Shown: piece by piece, positions 48,985 through 57,041 of the stretch | How the letters are laid out: each line of letters begins with the position of its first letter | Numbering within the stretch: position 1 is the first letter of the stretch | NCBI GenBank assembly: GCA_947311255.1 | Contig: CAMZKL010000022.1 | Coordinates: forward strand, 10,801-74,800 | Reading direction: 5' to 3' | DNA: 64,000 nt | From: an uncultured Chlorobiota bacterium | GTDB lineage: Bacteria; Bacteroidota; Bacteroidia; Bacteroidales; JAADGE01 | Position numbers and translations under genes: made by a program | The notes under the pieces: generated by a model | Told to the model about the DNA's origin: nothing | Database searches by the model: none | Seen by the model: only the letters and a program-made list of their open reading frames with translations

Positions 48985-49469
48985 TTATAAGTTTCATCAC
49001 TAACAGCCTCAACTGTCCAGTTTTTTAAAAAACTTTTGAATTTCTTTTTATCATAACTGCTTTTTCCATCTTCCAAATACCACGAATTTTGTGTATGAAG
49101 TCGCTTTCCATCTGCATCAGTGATAACTATTACTGGAAAGCCAAAACGTTGAGGATAACCTAATTGCTTAAAAAAAGATTCATTAGCAGATTTCTTATTA
49201 TAATTTACATTTATAACTATATAGTTAGATTTTAACAATGAATCTAATTCTGTATCATTTTCATAAAAATCATGAAATTTATAGCACCAAGGACACCAGT
49301 TACCTCCAATTTGTATCATTACATGCTTATTTTTTAATTTAGCATTTTCAATGGCCTTGTTAAATTGTTCAACAGGGTTAGCATTAACATCATACAATTT
49401 TTTCTTCTGAGAAAAAGATGTTGTATAGAATATACAAAGGATGAAAAAACCAGATAATATGTGTTTCAT
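48981..49469 (-). CDS. Thioredoxin-fold protein (secreted, CxxC)
   Basis: 162 aa with a signal peptide and the redox motif GGNWCPWCYKF. Confidence 0.8.
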   Translation of the reverse strand: MKHILSGFFILCIFYTTSFSQKKKLYDVNANPVEQFNKAIENAKLKNKHVMIQIGGNWCPWCYKFHDFYENDTELDSLLKSNYIVINVNYNKKSANESFFKQLGYPQRFGFPVIVITDADGKRLHTQNSWYLEDGKSSYDKKKFKSFLKNWTVEAVSDETYK

Positions 49470-49625
49470 GTTTAAAGAAATTAAAAGTTTGAAGATATAA
49501 AGTTAAAAGTTAATTTGCATTTATTAAAGATATACAATAAATAATTTAATATTAATAGGTTACATATTCTAAATTATAATTTTTATCCAAAACATAAGGG
49601 ATTTTAAATATTATCCAAATATTCA

Positions 49626-49633
49626 TATCTTTG
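49626..49633 (+). promoter_or_regulatory. -7 promoter box (TATCTTTG) for the interrupted zincin gene
   Basis: Exact TAnnTTTG match 54 nt upstream of the ATG at 49688. Confidence 0.45.
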
Positions 49634-49687
49634 TTATGATAAGCAGAATCTAGCATAAAAAATTATTACTGATATATAACAGAAAAA

Positions 49688-50167
49688 ATGAAACGAAAAT
49701 TGTGCAACAATGAACTTATAATTTTAAAATCATTATATTTTAATGAAATTAATTATTCTAAAATAAAACTAACTAATCAACACATATTCAGCAAAATACT
49801 AAAAAAGTATAGCGGAATTGTTTTTGGTAACACTATTGTTTTTACGAAAAAAAGTTACAAATCAGATTTTAGCAAAAATATAAATGATATGGCATTATTA
49901 GTTCATTAAGTTTGCCATGTTTGGCAATATCAAAATTTGAACTATCGATGGTATAAAGCAGGAATTGAACATTTAAAATTCGGAAAATCTACTTATTCTT
50001 ATAATATTGCAATGAATAAAAAACTTACAGATTATAGATTTGAACAACAAGGAGAAATTTTGGCAGATTATTTTAAAAAAAGACTCTTGTCTTCTGTGGA
50101 TATTTCGTTTTATGAAGATGTAATTTATTCTGTAATAAAAAAAACAAACTTTGGAACAAAAAATTAA
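49688..50167 (+). pseudogene. Small HExxH zincin ('vgr-related'/DUF4157-like) interrupted by one in-frame TAA at the catalytic Glu codon
   Basis: ORFs 49688-49909 and 49937-50167 are in the same frame. Read-through gives ...MALLVH*VCHVWQYQ..., i.e. H-(stop)-V-C-H where HExxH is expected. The downstream YRFEQQGEILADYF resembles the family C-terminus. Confidence 0.6.
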
Positions 50168-50336
50168 AATAAAAAGCCCCTGCATTGACAAATGCAAGTA
50201 TGATGAAGATAAAATTTGCATGGGTTGCCATAGGACACTACTTGAGATTGTTAACTGGATGGAATTCTCTGATGTTGAAAAAACAAAAATAATTAAACGA
50301 GTCCATAAAAAGATGAAAAAGAACATCTTAAAATAA
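50151..50336 (+). CDS. DUF1289-family small cysteine-rich protein
   Basis: 61 aa. SPCIDKCKYDEDKICMGCHRTLLEIVNW matches the remembered DUF1289 signature (SPCxxxCxxDxxxxCxGCxRTxxEI). The TTG start is uncertain and overlaps the preceding ORF. Confidence 0.6.
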   Translation: MEQKIKIKSPCIDKCKYDEDKICMGCHRTLLEIVNWMEFSDVEKTKIIKRVHKKMKKNILK

Positions 50337-50341
50337 TAGTG

Positions 50342-50527
50342 TTATAAAATACTACAACAATATTTACATTTTTTTTCACCAAGCAGATTTTGGGTTTCAC
50401 AAACCGGACAAACAAAGAAATTTTCATTATCCAAGTATGTTTCTTCAACAGGAATTTCACAATTTGGACAAAAATCCTCATCTCCATTAAGTGTAAAAGA
50501 GCAATTTTTACATATAAGTTCTTTCAT
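50342..50527 (-). CDS. Double zinc-ribbon small protein
   Basis: 61 aa with four CxxC pairs (CKNC, CPNC, CPVC, CKYC). Confidence 0.6.
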   Translation of the reverse strand: MKELICKNCSFTLNGDEDFCPNCEIPVEETYLDNENFFVCPVCETQNLLGEKKCKYCCSIL

Positions 50528-50667
50528 AAGAAATCATACAAAAGCAATAATAAACTAACAAAAAAAGGGAATTAACAGCAAAGCCTATACGTACACAACC
50601 GACGAGTTAACCCGTCGGTTTATGCATTGAATATCTTAATATCAGTTTAATATCAAAAAAGTCTCAG

Positions 50668-51852
50668 TTAATAACACTCCTTTATCAATTCGTAAGTCCT
50701 TTCGATATCATTATCCAGTCCTACAGAAAACCTAACAAGTCCTGGCGACATGCCCATTTCACGTTGAATATCCTCAGGAATTTCAGAAGAAGTACTACTT
50801 CCCGAATTACTAAAAAGTGTTTTAAAATATCCTAAACTAACAGCAAGATAACCAATATTTCTATCTTGCATTTTTTCCATAAAACTATATGCTTTTTCTT
50901 TGGTTTCAAGGTCAATAGCAATCATTCCACCGTATCCAAACTCATTATTCATCAAAGAGTTTAAAAGTTCATAATCTTTGTGTGTTTTTAGTCCGGGGTA
51001 AATAACTTTTATCCCTTCTTTTGTGAATTTTTCAGCTAAATACAAAGCATTTTTACTGTGTTGCTTCATTCGGATATGTAAAGTATATAAATTTTTTAAA
51101 ATACTTGAAGAACGCAATGGGTCTAGTACAGGTCCCAGCAACATAGCAGTTCCGGTGTTTACATCAATTAACGAATTTATAAAATCATTATCAGAACAAA
51201 TTGCTCCTGCAACACAATCATTCTTTCCATTAATAAATTTTGTCATACTATAAACAACAACATCTGCTCCTAGTTTATATGGAGAAACTATCATTGGAGA
51301 AAAAGTATTGTCAACAACAAGTTTTGCTCCTACATTCTTTGCAATTTTAGACATTTTCGGAATATCAGAAATTTGAAGAAGTGGATTTGAAATTGTTTCA
51401 GTGTAAATAACCTTAGTATTTGGTCTAACTGCTTTTCTTATACTTTCTAAATCAGTTGGAATAACAAATGTTACATCAATATTGAACTTTGGAAGATAGT
51501 TTTTTAAAAACGCATAAGTTCCACCGTATGTAGTTACTGATGATATAATATGGTCACCAGAATTACATAATTGTAGAATTGCAGAAGTTATTGCTCCCAT
51601 TCCGGATGCTGTTACCCAACCTGCCTCTGTTCCTTCCATTGCGGCAAGGGCATCAGACAAATATTTATTTGTAGGATTCCAATGTCTTGAATACAAAAAA
51701 CAACCTTCTGCTTCTCCATGAAAAGTATCAACCATTGTTTCTGCACCAAGAAATGTGTATGTTGCAGAGTCGGTTATTGATGGGTTAACTCCTCCAAATT
51801 CTCCAAATTGTTCTAATTTACTAAGCTCTGTTGCCGGATCAAACTTTTTCAT
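50668..51852 (-). CDS. PLP-dependent Cys/Met-metabolism family enzyme (methionine gamma-lyase / O-acylhomoserine sulfhydrylase-like)
   Basis: 394 aa. YSRHWNPT and VVYSMTKFINGKND contain the PLP-lysine motif, which is a variant of S-x-T-K-Y-x-x-G-H. It overlaps the wzc-like gene by 14 nt. Confidence 0.8.
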   Translation of the reverse strand: MKKFDPATELSKLEQFGEFGGVNPSITDSATYTFLGAETMVDTFHGEAEGCFLYSRHWNPTNKYLSDALAAMEGTEAGWVTASGMGAITSAILQLCNSGDHIISSVTTYGGTYAFLKNYLPKFNIDVTFVIPTDLESIRKAVRPNTKVIYTETISNPLLQISDIPKMSKIAKNVGAKLVVDNTFSPMIVSPYKLGADVVVYSMTKFINGKNDCVAGAICSDNDFINSLIDVNTGTAMLLGPVLDPLRSSSILKNLYTLHIRMKQHSKNALYLAEKFTKEGIKVIYPGLKTHKDYELLNSLMNNEFGYGGMIAIDLETKEKAYSFMEKMQDRNIGYLAVSLGYFKTLFSNSGSSTSSEIPEDIQREMGMSPGLVRFSVGLDNDIERTYELIKECY

Positions 51853-54241
51853 TATTTTTCTTTTTAAATATATTTAATATTCTTTTAATAAATGATTTTT
51901 TTTTAGTCCCAAATTCATCGTAATATCCTTGTCCGTCACCATATCCATATCCATATCCATATCCATGGCTATAATCGAAAGCTCTTTTGGTTTGAACTTC
52001 ATTTAAAATAATACCAAGGTTTTTTAATTTATTATCTCTTTTAATATCATTAACAAGTTTTATAATGTTTTTTGATGAATAATTTTGCCTCATTACATAT
52101 AAATACGCATCAGCAATGTCTGCCATCAAAAGTGCATCTGTAACTACTGCAATTGGTGGTGTATCAATTATAATGTAATCAAATTCTTTAACTGCTTTTT
52201 CAAAAAACAACTTCATATTATCAGATTCAATTAATTCAGCTGGATTTGGTGGCACTGGTCCCGAAAGAGCAATATATAAGTTAGGAATAGTAGTCTTTTG
52301 AATAACTTCGTTATAGTTTGCTCGTTCAACTAAGAATGAACTAATTCCTTTTTCATTATTATAATTAAAATCATCTTGTAACTTTGGTTTTCTTAAATCT
52401 AAACCCACCAATAAAGTTTTCCTTTCAGCAATAGACAATACACAAGCTAAATTCATAGAAACAAATGATTTACCCTCGCCACTAATAGAAGAAGTTACAG
52501 CAATAATTTTTTTGCTTTTAGTTTTAAGAATATATTGTAAATTAGTTCTTATTGCTCTAAAAGATTCTGAAATTGGTGATTTTGGAAAAGTAATAACAGG
52601 CACAGATGATTTATTTAGATTTTTACCAACTGTTCCATATATGGGAATTGTAGTTCTGCTTTCTATATCACTTTTATCTTCAATTTTATTATTCAAAAAT
52701 TCTAACAAAATAATAATTAAAATAGGTATTAACAAACCAAACAATATCCCTTTTTTCTTATTTCCTCCTGTATCAGGAGTTTTTTTTGATGCTAGTTCCA
52801 TTCTTGCTTTATCCAATATTTTTGTATCAGCTTTGTTTGATGCTTGAGTTATGGCAGCTTCCATTCTGCGCGTTAACAAAAGCGTATACATTGCATCATT
52901 TATATTAAATTTTCTTTCAATATTTATTATTCTTCTTTCAGAAATAGGCAATTTTTTTATGTCCTTATTTACTTTACGTATATTATTTCTTATATTTTCA
53001 ACATCCCCTTCTGTTACTTCAATATTCTTTTTTGCATGAATAAAAATTTGATTTTGAATCTTCTTTATCTTTAAATCTAATTTTTCCGAAATTGGAATAT
53101 CATTTTTTACACTAAAATCTAAAATGTCTCTTTCTGTTACAGTTTCCGATAATTTCTCAAGATAACTTAATAATACGGGGTCATTTATGTCCATAACAGA
53201 TGGGGCAGTGAAAGATTTTACATTTTTATCTTTTAAAAACTGATTATATAAATATTTATAATATGCCAGTTTCTTTTTCTGTATCTCAAGAGACTTATGA
53301 AATTCAGTTAATCTATTAAGTAAAATCATGCCCTCATTACTAATATCAACTGTTTTATTTTGTTGTTTAAGAATTTGCATATTACTTTCTGTCTCTCTTA
53401 AAGAATCTGAAACTCCCTCCAATTGTTTATCAATAAATTCAATAATACTCGATGCTTTTTTATTTTTATCTTCTAAACCATTTCTAATATATATATCAAT
53501 AAGGCGATTCATATAATCAGCATCTTTTTGGGGAACAGTACCTTCGAGCCACAACCATAAAATAGAACTTTTTTCTGGGCTTACATCAATTTGCAATCTT
53601 CCAAGAAAATTCTGAGCAACATCAGTAATCGAGTTTTTTGTAACAAAATACTTGTTTCCAATTACTGTTTTATCAAAATTTAAAGAATCTCTATGAGATA
53701 TACTAAAATTGAAATTTTTATAAGAAAATTGTTCTCCTATTTTTATTTTCTTTTCTATCTCAAACTTTTCTATTGAAACTAAAACCTCATTTTCAGAAAC
53801 AAATTCAATATAAATAGGAACATAAAGATATTGAGAAAAACTTGTATCGAAGTTTATAACAAAAGGACTTTTTTTATAAATTTCATAATTTTTTCGAAAC
53901 CTTTCATCTCTGAAATAAGAAACGTCAAATTCTAGTTCTTTAACAGTTTCTTTGCTTAAAGAAAAAGATTGTAAAATACCTTTTTGTGTATCTATGTTTT
54001 TACGTTTATTAAAGAGAGTTAGTCCTCCGGCCACTTCATCTTCATTACTTTCACTTTTTAATAGCACAGTAGCATGAAGCCCATAAGTTGGTATAGCATG
54101 ATCGTTTACCCATTTTGCTATAAAAATTGAGATTATTATTGATATTACAAATAGATACCAATGAGATATTGCAGTAAAAAGATATTTTTTAATATCAATC
54201 CCTTGCATTGAAGTTTCCGGTATATTATTTTGCTCTTCCAT
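51839..54241 (-). CDS. Polysaccharide co-polymerase / tyrosine autokinase (Wzc/GumC-like)
   Basis: 800 aa with an N-terminal TM, a long coiled-coil periplasmic domain and a second TM. The kinase has Walker A SGEGKSF, LLVGLDLRKP and Walker B YIIIDTPP, plus the C-terminal Tyr cluster GYGYGYGYGDGQGYY. Confidence 0.9.
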   Translation of the reverse strand: MEEQNNIPETSMQGIDIKKYLFTAISHWYLFVISIIISIFIAKWVNDHAIPTYGLHATVLLKSESNEDEVAGGLTLFNKRKNIDTQKGILQSFSLSKETVKELEFDVSYFRDERFRKNYEIYKKSPFVINFDTSFSQYLYVPIYIEFVSENEVLVSIEKFEIEKKIKIGEQFSYKNFNFSISHRDSLNFDKTVIGNKYFVTKNSITDVAQNFLGRLQIDVSPEKSSILWLWLEGTVPQKDADYMNRLIDIYIRNGLEDKNKKASSIIEFIDKQLEGVSDSLRETESNMQILKQQNKTVDISNEGMILLNRLTEFHKSLEIQKKKLAYYKYLYNQFLKDKNVKSFTAPSVMDINDPVLLSYLEKLSETVTERDILDFSVKNDIPISEKLDLKIKKIQNQIFIHAKKNIEVTEGDVENIRNNIRKVNKDIKKLPISERRIINIERKFNINDAMYTLLLTRRMEAAITQASNKADTKILDKARMELASKKTPDTGGNKKKGILFGLLIPILIIILLEFLNNKIEDKSDIESRTTIPIYGTVGKNLNKSSVPVITFPKSPISESFRAIRTNLQYILKTKSKKIIAVTSSISGEGKSFVSMNLACVLSIAERKTLLVGLDLRKPKLQDDFNYNNEKGISSFLVERANYNEVIQKTTIPNLYIALSGPVPPNPAELIESDNMKLFFEKAVKEFDYIIIDTPPIAVVTDALLMADIADAYLYVMRQNYSSKNIIKLVNDIKRDNKLKNLGIILNEVQTKRAFDYSHGYGYGYGYGDGQGYYDEFGTKKKSFIKRILNIFKKKNNEKV
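51939..51966 (-). repeat. Hexanucleotide tandem repeat (GGATAT x4 on the coding strand) encoding the Wzc Tyr cluster
   Basis: The plus strand reads ccATATCCATATCCATATCCATATCCat. Confidence 0.9.
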
Positions 54242-54278
54242 TTCTGTTATCTTTCTTCTTTATAAAAAATTTAGCTAT

Positions 54279-55061
54279 TTATTTAAATAGACTAATCATA
54301 ATAACTGTTGTTGTGATTGCAGAAGATATTGCAGAAAAGAAATAAAAATAATCTTTAAAATTCATTCTTGCAATTTTAGCATTCATTGGTTCAACTATAA
54401 CAATATCATCAGGGTATAAATAAAATTTATTAGAAGATAATAATTGCCTGTCAGTTAAGTCTAATTTATAAACAAATCTTTGATTCTCTCCTTGCCTAAC
54501 AACAGTAACGTTTGTCATTTTGCCATATTCTGTTATGCCACCCACTCTTGCTATTGCTTCTAAAATATCAATATTATCTTGATAAATAAAAATTGACCCT
54601 TCATTTTTTACTTCTCCTAAAAAAGACACTTTAAAACTTACAAACTTCACACTTACTATTGCATTATTTAAAAATTCATTTGTTTTTGAAGTTACAACAG
54701 AACGAAATTCTTGAACTGTTTTTCCTGCTGCAGGAAGACTTCCTAAAATTGGGATTTGAACAAAACCGGAATCATTAACAGTAAATCCGGAAAGATAAAA
54801 CTCCCCTCCACTACTTGCTCTCACATTATTACCACTTCTTGTTTCAATTTTAAACAACTCATTAATTTTAGGGTCGGTTGTAATTATCTTAACATGAAGA
54901 ACATCACTTGGTTTTAGTCTGTACTGTTCTGATTTGTTTTTGTAAACATATACGCTATCATTTTTTTGATCTTCATTATATATGTACCTCACTCTCCTAT
55001 TGCAAGAAGAAAAAATCATTACAAATATTATTACAAAAAAAATTAAGTTTGAAGTTTTCAT
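54279..55061 (-). CDS. Polysaccharide export outer membrane protein (Wza-like)
   Basis: 260 aa with lipoprotein signal (FSSCN), a Poly_export-like motif (YRLKPSDVLHVKI) and an SLBB-like domain. Confidence 0.85.
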   Translation of the reverse strand: MKTSNLIFFVIIFVMIFSSCNRRVRYIYNEDQKNDSVYVYKNKSEQYRLKPSDVLHVKIITTDPKINELFKIETRSGNNVRASSGGEFYLSGFTVNDSGFVQIPILGSLPAAGKTVQEFRSVVTSKTNEFLNNAIVSVKFVSFKVSFLGEVKNEGSIFIYQDNIDILEAIARVGGITEYGKMTNVTVVRQGENQRFVYKLDLTDRQLLSSNKFYLYPDDIVIVEPMNAKIARMNFKDYFYFFSAISSAITTTVIMISLFK

Positions 55062-55176
55062 TATTTTTTTACTATTTTTCTTAATTTACAAAAGTAAAAA
55101 TTATATTTGTTTTTTAAAGGTAAATAATAAAAACGGCATTTTAATTGTACTTTTATCTATTATAAAACTACAAACT

Positions 55177-55764
55177 ATGGAATTAAATTCAGATATTTTT
55201 AAAATAAAACACAATGGTATTGCCCCTAAACAAGGGAATATCCTTATTTCTGAACCATTTGCACCAGACAGTATATTTAGTCGTTCTGTTATACTACTTG
55301 CAGAGCATAACGAAGAAGGAACTATTGGATTCATACTTAATAAGCCTTTAAAACAAAATTTGGCGCAAATAACCGACAATTTCGGAAATATTGACATGAA
55401 AGTATCAATAGGAGGTCCGGTTAGTAAAGCTAACATTTATTATATTCATACATACGGAAAATTAATTCCTGAAAGTATAAAAATAAAAAATAATTTATAC
55501 TGGGGGGGGAACTTTAAAGTTCTTCAAACATTATTAGAATCGGGAACTGTTAATGAAAGGAAAATTAGATTTTTTATTGGATATTCCGGTTGGCAACTTA
55601 AACAATTAGAAGATGAATTAAAAAAAGATTTTTGGCTCGTTTCTGATATTGATACTAAAACAATAATGAGATATGACAAAGAAATTTGGAATAAAGTTAT
55701 TTCAAAACTTGATAAAAGATACAGTATTTGGCAACATTTTCCAGAAAATCCAAATTTGAATTAG
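55177..55764 (+). CDS. YqgE/AlgH family protein (DUF179)
   Basis: From the ATG at 55177: MELNSDIFKIKHNGIAPKQGNILISEPF...SVILLAEHNEEGTIGFILNKP and GYSGWQLKQLEDEL. The 65 codons upstream in the listed ORF overlap wza and look non-coding. Confidence 0.85.
   Translation: MELNSDIFKIKHNGIAPKQGNILISEPFAPDSIFSRSVILLAEHNEEGTIGFILNKPLKQNLAQITDNFGNIDMKVSIGGPVSKANIYYIHTYGKLIPESIKIKNNLYWGGNFKVLQTLLESGTVNERKIRFFIGYSGWQLKQLEDELKKDFWLVSDIDTKTIMRYDKEIWNKVISKLDKRYSIWQHFPENPNLN
55503..55510 (+). repeat. G8 homopolymer inside the yqgE-like CDS
   Basis: tgg ggg ggg encodes W-G-G, the same nucleotide string as the tract at 47787. Confidence 0.9.
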
Positions 55765-56615
55765 ATAACAGTCTCATTTAACAGATTAATTAAAAATGTA
55801 GCCTTTTTTTTATAAAACCTTTTGCTTTTATATGCAACAACCCATTGTATCCCTGTAATTGAATTAGTTAAAAAAACTTCGTCTGAATTTAATAAATCAT
55901 TTTCATTTATTGTTTTTTCAACACAAACAATACTATTTGATTTTGCAATAGAAAATATTACACTACGCATAATTCCACTAATGCAACCACTCTTAATCGG
56001 TGGAGTGTATAACTTTTCACCTTTAACAATAAAAACATTTGACGAAACTGATTCAACAATATTATCAGATTCGTTTAAGATTAAACAATCTTCAAATTTA
56101 TTTTCTTTTGAATAGATTCCTGCCAAAGTAAACAGAATTGAATTTGCTGTTTTAAAAGGAGAAAAAACATTAATAGGTTTTCTTACATCTTTATAAATAC
56201 CAATATTTAATCCATAAGTATTTAAAACAAATTTCTTATCTTTAATCTTAGAACAAGATATTACATAATTTATGAGATTTGTACTCGGTGTGTAGAAACC
56301 ACCTGTTCGCCTGTAAACAGAAATCCTTACTCTTGATGAATCCTTACAACTTTTTTTATCTATCAATTTTAAAACATCCTCTTCTAACTTTTTTTTGAAT
56401 TCAAATATGTTATCAGACAATTCATATTTTAACACTTTCATTCCTGCATAAAGTCTTTCAATATGTTCATCAAAAAATAAAAATTTACTATTGATAACCC
56501 TAATAGTTTCAAAAATAGAATCTCCATATAAAAATGCTCTATTTTTAAGATAAAAATTTACAGATTCTCCCGAAACGAACTCACCATTTAAAATTATTTG
56601 CTCCCTTTCAAACAT
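55761..56615 (-). CDS. Class IV aminotransferase-fold protein (aminodeoxychorismate lyase-like)
   Basis: 284 aa with GDSIFETIRV and EVFLTNSITGIQWV, typical of the PabC/IlvE fold-type IV family. Confidence 0.75.
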   Translation of the reverse strand: MFEREQIILNGEFVSGESVNFYLKNRAFLYGDSIFETIRVINSKFLFFDEHIERLYAGMKVLKYELSDNIFEFKKKLEEDVLKLIDKKSCKDSSRVRISVYRRTGGFYTPSTNLINYVISCSKIKDKKFVLNTYGLNIGIYKDVRKPINVFSPFKTANSILFTLAGIYSKENKFEDCLILNESDNIVESVSSNVFIVKGEKLYTPPIKSGCISGIMRSVIFSIAKSNSIVCVEKTINENDLLNSDEVFLTNSITGIQWVVAYKSKRFYKKKATFLINLLNETVI

Positions 56616-56882
56616 TTAATATTTTTATCTTGCAATTATAAACAAAATTTACGTTTTAGAACTCCCCTTTATACATTAGTATTCTATTATTAGTGTTAAA
56701 ACTACAATAAAACATAAAGTTTTACAAGTTTTAGCTTAGAATTGCTTTTATTAACTATAAAACTTAGCAAAGTGGTATATTTCATAGGAATTTGAACACT
56801 AAATAGGAAGTTTTAATGCAAAAAGCTAATTTTAATACTTAAAAAAAACAAAATATTTTTTTTATATTAAAAATAAATAATC

Positions 56883-56890
56883 TATTTTTG
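56883..56890 (+). promoter_or_regulatory. -7 promoter box (TATTTTTG) for tRNA-Leu
   Basis: Exact TAnnTTTG match, ending 12 nt before tRNA position 1. Confidence 0.5.
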
Positions 56891-56902
56891 CCAACTCAAA
56901 AT

Positions 56903-56984
56903 GCGGATGTGGTGAAATTGGTAGACACGCTAGACTTAGGATCTTGTGCCGCGAGGTGTGGGGGTTCGAGTCCCTTCATCCGCA
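56903..56984 (+). tRNA. tRNA-Leu (anticodon TAG), type II with long variable arm
   Basis: Acceptor GCGGATG/CATCCGC. Anticodon stem CTAGA/TCTTG has one T-T mismatch, with loop CTTAGGA. Variable arm TGCCGCGAGGTGT, T loop TTCGAGT, discriminator A, no encoded CCA. Confidence 0.88.
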
Positions 56985-56986
56985 CT

Positions 56987-57015
56987 ATCCGCCTGCATTT
57001 TGTAGGCGGATTTTT
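56987..57015 (+). terminator. Rho-independent terminator-like hairpin after tRNA-Leu
   Basis: ATCCGCCT (56987-94) pairs with AGGCGGAT (57004-11), followed by TTTT. Confidence 0.65.
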
Positions 57016-57041
57016 ATTTTAACAAAAAATAATAAAAAATT

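Noticed and set aside
50597-50620. GC-rich 8-bp hairpin AACCGACG-N8-CGTCGGTT downstream of the PLP-enzyme gene.
   Set aside because: It is not followed by a T-run on either strand, so I do not call it an intrinsic terminator. It may still be an RNA-stability element or a protein-binding palindrome (it contains GTTAAC), but the evidence is too thin.
54982-55176. 65-codon N-terminal extension of the yqgE-like ORF.
   Set aside because: It overlaps the 5' end of wza on the opposite strand. Its translation is low-complexity and hydrophobic, and family-like sequence begins only at the ATG at 55177.
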